Source of the DNA: Heteronotia binoei
Lineage: Eukaryota
Assembly (NCBI RefSeq): GCF_032191835.1
Contig: NC_083228.1
Coordinates: forward strand, 74,214,001 to 74,278,000
Length of the DNA stretch: 64,000 nucleotides
Direction: 5' to 3'
Below, one piece after another: positions 46,240 to 59,376 of the stretch. The number at the start of each line of letters is the position of its first letter. Position 1 is the stretch's first letter. The notes under the pieces were generated by a model. It had not been told where the DNA came from, did no database searches, and saw nothing but the letters and a program-made list of their open reading frames with translations. Both the position numbers and the translations under genes were made by a program.

Positions 46240-48796
46240 CTGCAAACCAACGTTTTAAGTACTTTTATGATATAAAAACAGGCTTAGTGAAATGCAGAAC
46301 TAGTGAGATAATACCTTCTATTGAATTGTTAAATGACTTAAAAATAAATGTGCATATTTCCTATTAAACGACAACAATTTTCACTTATGTAATGAAGGTA
46401 TATAGTTAAGAACTGATAATCATATGTTAGTGATAAAACAACCTTTATTTCATTAGCATCTAATTAAAGAGATATCACATTATAATTTCTGATAAAAGTT
46501 AATTACACGCCACTATCTAGCGGAATATTTTAGGTGTGATGAAGGGCATGGACATGCCTTGTGAGATTTGTTACAGTTTAAAGAAAAACAGTAGACTCTA
46601 TTATATCCTGCATGTCACATCACAAATATATTTTGCAGCTCTCATAAGTTTTAAAAATGGTTTGCCATGCTATGAAGGCAATTCCTGTTGACAAAATACA
46701 AATTGAAAGCTGTCTCGTAAGGTGCACAAAATTAATGTGGTCTTTGGACTGCAGCCCTTGGGGCATTTGGAGAGCTTCTGTGCATACAACAGAACTTTCT
46801 AAGGCACTTCTTTCTATTTCAGTTGCTTGAAAAAAATTAGTGTCCACCATCTAATCTAGCACAAGATGGTGCTATTCAGAAGAGAAAATAACAGAAACTC
46901 AGTATACACAGGCCTTGAATTCAACAGGAGTTCACAGGAGCACAGCTCTTGAACCTTTCTGAAGGTTTCCCCTCCTCCTCCCCACCTACTTACCTTGTCC
47001 ATGGAATAGTAGGTGCAGCTGCATAACAATCCCTAGATGAGCTCCACAACCTATTTTTCTACAAAACGATCCCTAAGTATACATATATACATGGTACATA
47101 TACACCTTTCATGTATTGCAGCTCCAAAGTTTAAAAGATGCAATGTCCTAATAGCCGTATTTAAACCATCAGTCAGTCAAGCTGCTTCTGTCAGTCAAAG
47201 GCAACCAACCTCTGTTCTGGCAGTTTATGGCTCTCCCTACTCTCCTACTGGCTAAGCTGCCTGTCACTCTGCTTTGCAGAGGAGAGAAAGACAGCCTTCC
47301 CTCAATTGGCTGAGGGACAGAGGAGGAGAAAAACAGTCATAGAGAAAGCCCTCTCTGAGGGAAGGAGGTGGAGGGAAGGCTTTCTCACGATTGGCTGAGA
47401 GAGAGGAGGAAAGACTCTCTCTCGATTAGCTGAGGACTCCCTGGATTGGCTGAGGACTCCCCCCTTTCCTCCTCTGGAAGGGAAGCAGACAGAGACAGGG
47501 AGGAAAATGGCATCCTGTACCAGCAGGCCAGATACAGAGAGAGAGAGAGAGGGAGAGATTGAAGTCCTTTGCTTAAGACCAACAATGTATCAGAGAGAGA
47601 CTGTTGGTCTGAAAGGTATCACAAAAGGCTTCTGAGGGAGAACTCATTGGGGCCAGTCCTAACTATGGCTTCCAGTTCCAGGTTGGTGGGAAATTCATGG
47701 AGATTCTGTGGTGGAGTTTGAGGAGGCCACAGGAATTAGAGCTTCAGAGCAGGGTCTACCAGACCCAAGTTCTTGCTGTGGAAGCTGACTGGGTGATTTC
47801 GGATCACTCACAGACTTTCAGCCTAACCTGTCTCACAGGGTTGTTGTTCAGATCAAAGGGGGGAGAAAAGAATGATGTAAGCTGCTTTGGTCCCCACCAC
47901 TGTGGAGAAAGACTGTCCTTTCCCTAGGCAGAGGCTGCAGGGAGGGGGAAGGTGATAGAAAGCTGAAGTCAGAGGGGCAGATAAAGTGAAGGAGATAGCG
48001 ATTACAACTCCAGGTTAGGAAATTCCTGGGGATTTAAGAGATGGAGCCTGGAGAGGGTGGGGTTTGAAGAGGGGTGGGACTTCAAACAGGTACACTGCCA
48101 TACACTGCACCCTCCAAACTAGCCATTTCATCCTTGGGAACCACTGTTGCCAATCTCCCGGTGACAGCTGGAGATCATTCAAAATTACAACTGCTTTCCA
48201 GATGGCAGAGATCAGCTCCCCTTAAGGTTGTGGGGGAATAAATGCCTTCACTTGGGTGGGGGAGAAGACAGTAAGGGTGGGGGGGGCACTTGCCATGAGC
48301 CTCGTTCCACAGCCTGTTGTATTTTTCTCTTCAACTGGTCTTATTCCAAGTTATGCATAAGACAGTTCACTAAAATTTTCTTCTACAGGGGATCCTGGAA
48401 AGTCTTAAGCATATTGTCTCCTGTCCAGAATTAAATTTCTACATCCCAAGTAATGCTGATCAACTAGCTGTACTATACTGACCAAAGCTGAGGGCCAAAT
48501 TGTTATCAATATCGAGATAAAAACAGACATTCATGAGGATGGTCTCAGAAAGCTGTCTCACCTTCTTTCATTTGATCTATCTATGCAATAAAACTTATTT
48601 ACTGCTTTCTGTCTTTTTCTGTCAAAGAGTTGCTGAATTAGTTCTTTGCTCTCTAGAACCAAAGTATAAGTTGGTATGAACAAGTATAAGACCTCAGCAA
48701 TCAAGAACTCCCACTGGTCTGTCAATCTAGATAGCCCCGACAAAATATTGTCTGTGATGTTATGTCCTACTGAGTGTAAATATATCAGCATCATAC

Positions 48797-49112
48797 CTTT
48801 GCTTTGTTAGCCTCTCGTTTTGCCTCGCCAGCCAGACTTCCTACCATAGCATCAATTTGTTGTTTACTGCGAGGCATTCCATCAAATATATCAATGTAAA
48901 GATGCTCTTGAACAATATTCCAGATCTGATTGTTCTGTTTTTCCTGAAGGTGTCTCTTCAAGAGCTGGTAAGAGTCACGGGAAATGCGTAGCACAAACTT
49001 GCTTGTTCGAAAATCCAGCATTGTCTCATTCCCTCTCATGTGCTCTTTTTTGGTTAAACTTGATAATACGCGCAAGTCATCCTGGTAATAACACTCCTGA
49101 TCTCCATGAAAC
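48797..49112 (-). CDS. TAF5: TAF5 exon 3 (NTD2)
   Basis: FHGDQECYYQDDLRVLSSL...GEAKREANKAK; 316 nt. Confidence 0.97.
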
Positions 49113-49900
49113 CTAGAAGAAGGATTTAGAAACTTAAAAGATGACAGTCTTCTAAACAGCTTGAATTGTATGTTCCTCAGATCATCTTGAAAGAACAGTA
49201 AGCAGGCATTTACCACAGACATTTGCTTATCCCAAAGCAGAGAAAACAACAGTTGGGACTTTTCTCTGCTGTTAAGAGAAACACACTATGTAGCAGTAAG
49301 CAGTATGAGCACAAAAACTAAATGATCTAGAAAAATGTTTAAGGTTCCTGAGTATCTACATAATAACTTTTGGAACTCAAGTCACAAGGCACTTGAGATT
49401 CTTCCAGCATTGGGCACAGACATACTGCCCTTCCTCTCAGAGCAGTGCTTGGTGAGAACTTTGTCCAAAACAGGAAAGAATACAGTTTCAGTGAAACCAC
49501 CTTAACAGCATACACAAAAATTGTTTTAGTCCAGAAAATGAAGTTTAAGAAGTAGAGAGAAATGCACATAAATAAAAGTATTAGAATGCAATACAATCAA
49601 CTTGAATAAATTATATTTCAGGTCTATAGAATTACAAGTAAAGCAAATATGTATATATACAACAGTTATTTGCTTGAAAATAATTCTAATTAGCACTGGA
49701 GGAGGAGAGTTATTTGGGGGAGGGTTGTATTTTGTATGTTTAAACAGAATATCTAAGCCAGTCTGAGTCATGGAGAAAGGCATGGTATAAATGTTTTAAT
49801 AAATAAGCACCTACAATACACTAATGTACATAATAGTTGAGACTGTCTTAATTGTGTTATATGGGATCTATCATACCCTCCACAATGTAATGCCCTGGAC

Positions 49901-50156
49901 CGGGGGTAGCCAAACTTGCTTAACGTAAGAGCCACAGAGAATCAAATGAGAGAGGGGAGGGAGGGGAAGAGAATGGAAGGTAGATGGGGAGAGAGAGGTG
50001 GAAAGAAAGCAACTTTAACTCAAAATGCATTCTCCAAACCACCAGCTTGAAGAAGTGATTTAAAGGGTCAAATGCTTTCTCCAAGCCAGCCAATAGGGTG
50101 GTGCAGACTTCGAGAGCCAGACAATATGCTTCTGAGCCACAGTCTGGCCATCCCTG
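49901..50156. mobile_element. hAT MITE
   Basis: TIR-like CGGGGGTAGCCAAACT / AGTCTGGCCATCCCTG; perfect TSD CCCTGGAC (49893-49900, 50157-50164). Confidence 0.85.
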
Positions 50157-50365
50157 CCCTGGACACTTACTGGTTTTCCTTCCCTTCCCAAGAGACATGT
50201 TCAGAAAGCATATGGTATTCCTGATGCCTGTCTTGAAAAAGAACCACACAGAAAAATGCTACATACGCTGCTCCCAGATCACTACATAGCCTGAGATCTA
50301 AAACAGATTTAGCTATCTAAAAATGAGAAAACAAAAATGAAATTAGACGTATGAAATTATATTAC

Positions 50366-50600
50366 TTTTCAAAGAAAGACTTTGCTTCATTTTCATGCCC
50401 ATTGTAGACTAGCTCCAAATACATATGCACAAAGAGAGGATAAAAAAGCTGAGATAGCTCAGCTCGATGACAGTCCAGAGCACATTCAATGAAGTGTTTC
50501 AGTCCACTATAATAGTCTTCATAGAGTGCTGGGTCTCCCTGCTGGTTGTAGGCAGACAACACTGCACTCACATCTGGCTGATCTTCCATGAGGACACCAA
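50366..50600 (-). CDS. TAF5: TAF5 exon 2
   Basis: GVLMEDQPDVSAVLSAYNQQGDP...NEAKSFFE; 235 nt. Confidence 0.96.
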
Positions 50601-51120
50601 CTGCAAAGTATCAACATATCAGGGTAAATAATCTTGTACTTTGTATTGTAATACTTCAATCCTAAACATCTTTACTTTGAAGTTCCACTAAAATTCATTG
50701 ACTGGGATGACTGAGAGGATGACAATACATAAACAATTTAAAGCCTGATTTCTTTTACGCAGCATTTTCTATCATATTCCAGATATAATTATGGTAAAGT
50801 TGAGTCTGAGTTGCATAAGGAATATAGAATATATAATGAAAATAGTAACAAATTGTTTTGCTGATGCTGGAAAAAGTATTATGAACATATTTTTATCCAG
50901 TATATTCAATCCTTCATTAACTGATTAAATATTACACGTACTTCAGTGCTAAGAATTTCCACCAATAAATTATAATTGACTAGTGAAGAGTCCCATTGCT
51001 TAGTGCTGATAGATATTTGGGAACGGATACTATACTGTTGCTCTTGTTTGTTTTGTAACGTAAGAACATAAGAGAAGCCATGCTGGATCAGGCCAATGGC
51101 CCATCTAGTCCAACACTCTG

Positions 51121-51324
51121 NNNNNNNNNNNNNNNNNNNNNNNNNNNNNNNNNNNNNNNNNNNNNNNNNNNNNNNNNNNNNNNNNNNNNNNNNNNNNNNN
51201 NNNNNNNNNNNNNNNNNNNNNNNNNNNNNNNNNNNNNNNNNNNNNNNNNNNNNNNNNNNNNNNNNNNNNNNNNNNNNNNNNNNNNNNNNNNNNNNNNNNN
51301 NNNNNNNNNNNNNNNNNNNNNNNN
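51121..51324. other. Assembly gap (204 N) within a CR1 3' end (51063-51508, minus)
   Basis: N run flanked by CR1 3' UTR sequence on both sides. Confidence 0.95.
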
Positions 51325-51850
51325 CTGATGGACCTCTGCTTCATATTTTTATCTAACCCCCTCTTGAAGCTGTCTATGCTTGTAGCCGCCACCACCTCCT
51401 GTGGCAGTGAATTCCACATGTTAATCACCCTTTGGGTGAAGCCGCCACCACCTCCTGTGGCAGTGAATTCCACATGTTAATCACCCTTTGGGTGAAGAAG
51501 TACTTCCTTATAATGTATTTAAATGTATTTATTTAATTTAACATATTCAGAGGCCCACCTTTCTCTCAGACAAGTGTGACCAAAAGCTGGTAACCAAGTA
51601 AAAGTAGTTCAAGCAATCCCAGAATAACAGAACAGTAACAACTGTAGCAAACACCCTGCAAGCCTGGCCAATGGGCATTAGGCCATTCATGCCCTAAAAT
51701 GCTAGCAATTAACAATCTCAAATTTCTCTCTCTCCTTCTTCAAAGGTTACTTATAGAAGTCTCAGCAGTTTTAAATGGTTTTCATTTGTATATTTCAGCT
51801 TGAACTCAGAAACACACAAAACTGCCATACATAATAAAACCATCAATTCT

Positions 51851-52420
51851 CAGGGGTGGCAAACTCATTTGTTATAAGGGTCAGATTTGACATAAATGAG
51901 ACCGTCAGGTCGGACCATGTGTATAATAAAATATAATTCCAGGTAGCAGAGCTACAAACTTTATAAAAAACACAAACACAATTAAAGATTTTTAAAAACT
52001 GAAAATATGCTTAAGTTAGCAGTCTTGCAATATTTTATTTAACAAGTCTCTGATAACTGACACCTGAATTAATGCATCAAAATCTGGAGACAATGTCTGT
52101 GCTGTAGCAATCTTGACTAGGCTGTTCAGGGGTGTGTGTGTAAACTGCAAGCCTACTTTTGATTTATTGACATTTATTGCAGAAATCTCATGGTCAATGC
52201 TTTGAATCTAAGACCCCAGTGGAAAACATGAAATTTTTCAGGCTGGGCATTGTGAGCTTTTATACACAAGTTGTTATATGTGCTGGTCAGCCAATGGAGA
52301 AAATTTGCTCTGTAGCTCTTGTGTGACTGAGCAAGCCTGGCAAAACAAGCTGTGGTGCAGATGACAGTGAGGTGCTCACAGGCCTGATCTGGCCCTCAGG
52401 CTACACATTTGACACCTCTG
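51851..52420. mobile_element. hAT MITE
   Basis: CAGGGGTGGCAAAC...TTTGACACCTCTG termini; TSD not retained. Confidence 0.7.
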
Positions 52421-52931
52421 GTCTAGATTAATATGATCTACTCAATCTATCAGAACCTCTTCAAGACCTCATGAAGAGAAAGCTGCTTCCTAATCTGTGA
52501 GTTTTTAACTGGAGATACCATGGATTGAACCTAAAACATTCCGCATGCAAAATACATACTCTGCTGTTGAGGCACTGCTCATTGTAATATTGCAAACTAC
52601 TTTGGGAGGCTCTCTAAATGAAAGCAGGAAGAAGTACAGGAAATTATAAATTATTTAATGGAACGTTCCCCAAAAAAACTCAGCATGAAAATGAATAAAG
52701 CTCCAAATTAGCATCTAATTTTTATTTCAGGATCCATGGCTATGTGAATTTTAAAATTAGAAGCAAGGTCACTGCCAACCCAAATCTGTGTTACTACAAC
52801 ATACAATTTTCTATTCCCGTTATGCGTGTAATAACTATTAATTTTTTTACCTCTGCTGTCTTAAGTACTGTGCAAAATAACTAAAGGTAAAGTTGCATAA
52901 ACTCAGGGGAGCGGTCCGCACGCCTTCTCAC

Positions 52932-53460
52932 CTTTCCCGGGGGGTCCCAAGGGCACCGCAGGAGGGGCCGTGACAGCTGCATGAGCAACGGCAGCCCCCA
53001 CCTGGCCAAAAGTGATGGAGCTGAGCAGCACTTCCCCAGGTCCGGGGACAGCGGCCCCGAGGCTGGATTCCTGCCCTTCCCCACCATGAGTCGCCTGCCC
53101 TCCGGGCGCCGAGGGACTGAGATCAGCCGCGACCTCATCGTTGAGCAGCCGAGCTTCCCGGCGGAGAATTTCTTCAGACTCGCGGAGGTTGCTACGCCGC
53201 AGGAACTGCAACACTGCCAGCAAGGTCTGCCGATCGGTGGGCAGCTGGGAAGCGGCCGGTTGAACAGTGGGGACCACTGGGGGCTTCGAGTCAGCTGTGC
53301 CCACCACCGTCTCCCCGTCCGTGAGAGGAGCAGCAGCGGTTGAGGAAGGAGGAGCGGGAGCGGAATTTGCCGGGGACTGAGGTGGAGGCGGTGGAGCTCC
53401 CCCATCGGGGTCTGGTTTCACCGTTACCGCCTCAGCCGGTTCCTCCGGCAGAGCCGCCAT
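52932..53460 (-). CDS. TAF5: TAF5 exon 1 (ATG 53460; LisH-type motif)
   Basis: MAALPEEPAEAVTVK...DRQTLLAVLQFLRRSNLRESEEILRREA...PPGK; 529 nt; all 11 exons sum to 2370 nt = 789 aa + stop. Confidence 0.94.
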
Positions 53461-53720
53461 ACCGGCCCTCAACGGCCTCGCCTGTTACTCAGGCAGCCCG
53501 CGGGTTTACGACACTCAGGGCATAGTGAAGCCAAGAACGCTTAGCGACAGTCCGGCTGTTGCTTTACGGTATTTCCGGTTTCTGTTAACAAAAAAAAATA
53601 ATTGTTGCAAGACTGTTAAACCGGTTGTTGGTGGAGTACGGGTTGGTTGAGGCTGTAAAATCCGTGATTTTTGGAGAAAGTTTAAAGGCATTTAGGGTTG
53701 CGGCTAAAATGTATTCTGGT
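53461..53720 (-). promoter_or_regulatory. TAF5 CpG-island promoter
   Basis: CpG-rich; ACCGGAAAT (ETS-type) on the minus strand at 53571-53579, upstream of the ATG. Confidence 0.65.
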
Positions 53721-54959
53721 GAAATCGTCTTCCTTTGAACCAAATGCATTGCATAGAAGTAAATTGATTGATTTCAATGGCTCCCTCTCGTGTAAACAAA
53801 TATGATTGGAATCGAAGGTTTAAGCCGCAGCTCAATCCCTGACCTGTTAAAATACACATATTGACCGCCCACTTACAGCTTCGACCTAAATATGGACCCG
53901 CAAATTATGCCCCACTGTTAACAAGGTTTACTTCCTAGAAAGGATCGTTCATAGTCTTTATCGTCTTATTGGTTTCAGTGGAACTTACTCCTAGAGAAGC
54001 CTGCAAAGGGCTTATTCCATGCAGGATTACCTAGAAACCTCACTTAGGGTAGGCTCACACTACGCTAAATAATGTGTTTTGCAACAGAATTTTTAGTGTA
54101 TAGCAAAAATCCAGTTGCAAAATGCATTATTTTTTAAATGAGAGTTCTAAATCTTGAAGGGGGCGCACCGCAGTTGGGTGTTTTGTGTGTGTGTGCGTGC
54201 ACCAAAATTCAGCGTAAATAAAATGGCATGGGTAGGGACTTCAGAGAGTTATAACTCCATAGAGTCCAAAGCAGCCATTTTCTCTAGGAGAACTGGTCTC
54301 TGTTTGTAGTTGTAATTCCGAGCAATCTCCAGGCCTCACTCGGAAGACAAAGTAGAAAAAGCCCAGCAGAAATGTATTTGTATATTAGGCTACAGCCACT
54401 GACATCACCATTGTTTCACGCAGGACTTTATTGTATTTGCATATTAGGCCTCTCCCCCTGACACCAAGCCAGCCAGAACTGCGTTTCTAATTTAAAAAAG
54501 CCCCAAGACAATAAACACAATGACTACTGGGCATTCGTTCTGTCTCATAAAATTAAAATGGTTTAAAAAAAAATCAATTGTTGGTTGTTGTCAGCTGGTC
54601 AGTCAGCCACTCCCCCCCCCATACTATAAACAGGTATCACAGTATGAACACAAAAGTAACAGCAAATCTTTTGTTTCATCGACTGCTCAGATTTTTATTA
54701 TTTGCCACTTGAGTCTCAGGATGTTTAAAAAACCCTTTATTGGCTCTTTCACTAGCAAAGGAATTATACTTGATTACCTGCAGATTAATCATTTTAAATT
54801 GTACACAGATCAAAGCCATTATAATGTGTGTATTGAGGCTAGAAATCAAAAATCCGCTTCTACCCAGACTGAAGGTGTTAAAATCATTGCTCTGCTCTCT
54901 GGGAATGGTTTCATTTCCCATTAATCCCCCTAAAAACTCAATTTCCCAGAATACCTAGA

Positions 54960-55150
54960 GAATTTTTAAAGCGTGTTTTAGAAGAGCGCGCGAACAAACT
55001 CTGCGCATGCGGTTCCTGTTCACGTTTATGGTAAAATAGGAAGAGAGATCGGGGGCGAGTTTTTTTTTTATTTTTTTTGTAGAAAACAACATTTTCAAAG
55101 CGTTGTCTCATTTACTGGTGGAAGTAGCCTGCGCGTTTGATCTTTTCAGG
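54960..55150 (+). promoter_or_regulatory. PCGF6 promoter with NRF1-type motif
   Basis: CpG cluster (GAGCGCGCG); TGCGCATGCG at 55002-55011, ~150 bp upstream of the ATG. Confidence 0.6.
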
Positions 55151-55153
55151 GGC

Positions 55154-55411
55154 ATGGAAATGGGCGAAGAATTCAAGGGTGAGGGTTTGGAAGAGGAGGA
55201 GGAGGAAGATGAAGAAGAGCCCCCGGAAGCTCCTGGTTGCTCCGGGGCGGCCTCCCGCTTCGAGAGGGAAAGCCGCTCAGAGTCCAGTGGTGAGGGGAAT
55301 GAAGAGATGGAAGAAGAGATAGAAGAAGAAGCTCTAGAAAGGGGACCTAGGGAGCCCTTTGGAAGCTTTGGGATGGAGGAGGGAGCAATGGACTCGGACG
55401 ATGAAGATGAG
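55154..55411 (+). CDS. PCGF6: PCGF6 first coding exon (acidic N-terminus)
   Basis: MEMGEEFKGEGLEEEEEEDEEEPPEAPGCSG...GAMDSDDEDE; APGCSG and DS(D/E)DE resemble mammalian PCGF6; 258 nt, phase 0, joins the RING exon in frame; exact start codon uncertain (55154 or 55160). Confidence 0.8.
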
Positions 55412-55984
55412 GTAACGCTGGGCTCACCATAATCCATTACAGCGTATTTGGAGGAGGGGCGGTGTGAGGACACTTTGTGGTGAAGCAGGACTTCCCAGCA
55501 TGCTTTGCACCAAGTATAGCTGCCAGGATACTCTTGTAGCGGCCAGAACGTTGAGTTTAAACATAGATTAAAGAACACAAGTTTGACTCTGTACTTAGTT
55601 ATGAATTTTCGTGTGTAGGTTGCCGCAACCTAACATTAAGGCAGCGAACATCAACACATCATAACAAATTTTAGAGTATGTGTGTAAATAAAAACAATTC
55701 AACAAACACATAAATGGGAAGGAGGTTCACTGAGGGGATGCCAAACAAAACAGAAAAGTCTGCTGACAGAAGACAGTGATTGAAGGAAACAAATAAAAAG
55801 TCCATTTCAGGATCGTCACCTAGCTCAGTTGGCAGAAGCAGCCAAAACAGAGCTTCTGAAGATGACCATGGTGACTCCCAGGTTCATATGGGAGTAAGAG
55901 GTCCTTAAAGTAAGCCAGCCCAAAGCTGTATAGGGCTTTTAAAAATATTTCAAATATTTTTATTAAATAATAAAACACATTTAC

Positions 55985-56744
55985 AAAATGTGTGAACTGG
56001 CAGAGACTGACCAAGAGAAAGATCTTGGGGTCATGGTAGATAACTCACTGAAAATGTCAAGACAGTATGCCTTTGCAATAAAAAAGGCCAACGCCATGCT
56101 GGGAATTATTAGGAAGGGAATTGAAAACAAATCAGCCAGTATCATAATGCCCCTGTATAAATCGATGGTGCGGTCTCATTTGGAGTACTGTGCAGTTCTG
56201 GTCGCCGCACCTCAAAAAGGATATTATAGCATTGGAGAAAGTCCAGAAAAGGGCAACTAGAATGATTAAAGGGCTGGAACACTTTCCCTATGAAGAAAGG
56301 TTGAAACGCTTGGGACTCTTTAGCTTGGAGAAACGTCGCCTGCGGGGTGACATGATAGAGGTTTACAAGATAATGCATGGGATGGAGAAAGTAGAGAAAG
56401 AAGTACTTTTCTCCCTTTCTCACAATACAAGAACTCGTGGGCATTCGATGAAATTGCTGAGCAGACAGGTTAAAACGGATAAAAGGAAGTACTTCTTCAC
56501 CCAAAGGGTGATTAACATGTGGATTTCACTGCCACAGGAGGTGGTGGCGGCCACAAGCATGGCCACCTTCAAGAGGGGTTTAGCTAAAAATATGGAGCAG
56601 AGGTCCATCAGTGGCTATTAGCCACAGTGTGTGTGTATGTGTGTGTATATATATATAAATAAAAAAATTTTGGCCACTGTGTGACACAGTGTTGGACTGG
56701 ATGGGCCATTGGCCTCATCCAACATGGCTTCTCTTATGTTCTTA
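55985..56744 (+). mobile_element. CR1 LINE 3' fragment
   Basis: FWSPHLKKDIIALEKVQKRATRMIKGLE...; tail CTCTTATGTTCTTA. Confidence 0.93.
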
Positions 56745-57866
56745 AAATAAATGGAAATATATAAATAACATACAGGACCTGTGAAACACATGCAAAAATA
56801 AGACATTGAGAAGTCAATGATCTAAATGATCAAAAGATTTATAATGGTACTATTTCCCATAAAGACTTAAGTATATAATCAGCAGAAAAGTGAAACAGCA
56901 GAAGTTATTGTCTTTGCTGATTAGATAGAAAATTATTTTTAAAAAACAGCATCCTGTGCCATCCCAAGCCCCAAAAGAAAGCAAAATTTAAAGGAAAAGA
57001 AATAGAAAAGTAAAGGGAGTGAGAAGGAAGCAAGTTCAGAAGATAGGAGGGAACACCAAATTATAAGGAGAGAAAAGCTGTATAGGGTTTTAAAGGTCAA
57101 TAGCAGCACCTTGAAGTAAACCTCAGAAGCAGCACCTCAGAAGTAAATTGGGAGCTATTGTTGGTGGATTAGAGTGATAAGGTCTCTGTCTCTTCATTCA
57201 GCATTCTGTACTAATTTTATCTTCCAATCATTTTTTCCACACAGAACACATCACAGTAGAGTAGCCTGGATGTTGCCAGGGCATGCATTGCAGTGGCATT
57301 CACAATGTCAATGTGTTGTTTTAAGCCTTTTGGTGTTGCAGTGGGGGAAAGAGTCATAAATATTTCAGTGTTGACATTGTACCATTTTCACTGTATCTTG
57401 GTATGATGCTAGCAAAACAAGCTCTCCATTTCCAAATAAGTTAAATCCATTAGTGTATTTTGAACAGAGTGGGAGAGGACTAGCAAGATGACATTTGTCA
57501 GCAAGCACTGTTTTGTGTATGTACTCTAGATGTCCATTGTGCCTCTAGTATGCCATGTGTGCTGGAGATGGGACCATCCTAGATCAGTGCTTCCTGTCAT
57601 GTTCAGTACAGAAATTGCACCTGGAAAGTATGTCCCTGCAAACTGTGCATAGAACTGTCATATATGATATGTCATATATACCTCTAAAGTAGACAGAGAA
57701 AGTGGTGCTTTCTGCCTATACTTATAGCTTTATTTTTTTTAAAAAAAAAGTTCTATTCTTGTAGAGACCAGTTCTTCAGGGGAAAGAAGATCTATATACA
57801 ACTGCATTTTTTTCCCTTTTGAAATATCTGTTGTGTAAGTAGCATGCAAACCTTTAAAAAAGCTGA

Positions 57867-58049
<183 letters not shown>

Positions 58050-59279
58050 TGAAAAATTATCAAGATGACTGTAATAGCTTAATCAGCATCAGGATAATAT
58101 ATAATATTTTCTTAAAAGGAAGAAAACAACTAAAAGACTGTGAAGACTGTGTACCAACAACTAAAAGACTGTGAAGGGTTGATTCTTCACAGTGCTCCAG
58201 AAAGCTTTGAGTGGCAGGCTGCTCTGAGCAATCTAATTGGTTGGCATCAGCTGAGTAGAAAAAAAAGTATTGAGAGAGCTGGGTGCTGAGGAAAAATCAG
58301 ATTCAGAGTCTTACTTTTACTGTGAAGAGACATGTACTGAGACTGTCTTTGGATAGCCCTGTGAGAAAAAGGGTTTAGTGCTGACCGAGTCAGATTTTAG
58401 CTGTGACTGAATGCAGTCTGAATTCAGCAGTAGCTATGAGCAGTTTGAACACAGGAGCACTGGGGATAATTTGCCAAGGAAGAGAGAAGATTCCCATTCA
58501 GCCCAAAGGGAGAAAATTGCCTACCCAGTCAAGCAGGTAGAGACCTTAAAAGTCAGTCAAAACTCAAAAAGAGTACTGGTGTTCCAAAGAGAAGGGGTTT
58601 GGGTACTGGGAACAGGGTACCAGCCTTCTGGGCATCAAAAGAGTTAGCAGTTATACAAACAAAGAGTAGTTGAGTGTTTGGGAAAACACTGGAACAAAAG
58701 CCTCTCAATTTAAAGTTCTAAGTAACCGTGAATGAATTAAGAACCTCTAATTCGCCTGATGTTTAAGAGCAAAAGTCTGTGCTCATGGTAATTTCACCTG
58801 ACTCATGGCTGTTACATAAAAACCATTTGTTATTTTTGACTTTTAAAAGTGTCTCTAGTGCATTTTCAAAGGTTTAAGTTAAAGGGTGGACTTATCCCTT
58901 TCCCTCAAATACCTGGTTTGAGCAAATCGACAAACAAGGTTTAAGAAGGGAACAATAAACACGTTATCAGGGCTTCTCAGTCAGCGAGGGGACAAATAAA
59001 AAAGGAGGGAAAATCTTATCTGTGAGGGAGGGAAGTTGAATTGAATGTCCTGCTGCTTGTTGGTAATATATTGCTTGCAGGCTGTGGAATGCTGTTTTTA
59101 AGAGTTCTTTTCCATGAGTGCAGTTTTAGAATTCACTGTAAGTCTGAACCCAGCATTAGTTTTACTTAAGGGTCACCTTTCTGTTGTGCTTTCCATTCTA
59201 GGCAGCCTGTACTACACTTTCTGATGCTTTTGTAATACTTCATAATAAACATGTAACTACCACTTTGTTCTTTTTCCAG

Positions 59280-59376
59280 TCTGTAAGAGCTGCATTGTAA
59301 GACATTTTTACTACAGTAATAGATGTCCAAAATGCAACATTGTAGTGCATCAGACACAGCCGCTATATAATATAAG
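59280..59376 (+). CDS. PCGF6: PCGF6 exon 3 (RING finger)
   Basis: [32 protein letters not shown]; 97 nt. Confidence 0.96.

Noticed and set aside
51080-51473. ORFs spanning the N run
   Set aside because: Artefacts of the assembly gap within CR1
52881-53525. Alternative-frame and antisense ORFs over TAF5 exon 1
   Set aside because: Shadow ORFs of a GC-rich coding exon
55108-55578. 156-aa Ser-rich minus-strand ORF
   Set aside because: Antisense shadow of the Glu-rich PCGF6 exon 1
58125-58990. LTR-like segment in PCGF6 intron 2, starting with a 21-bp direct repeat (58125, 58156)
   Set aside because: Composition is suggestive, but I could not define matching TG..CA ends with a TSD
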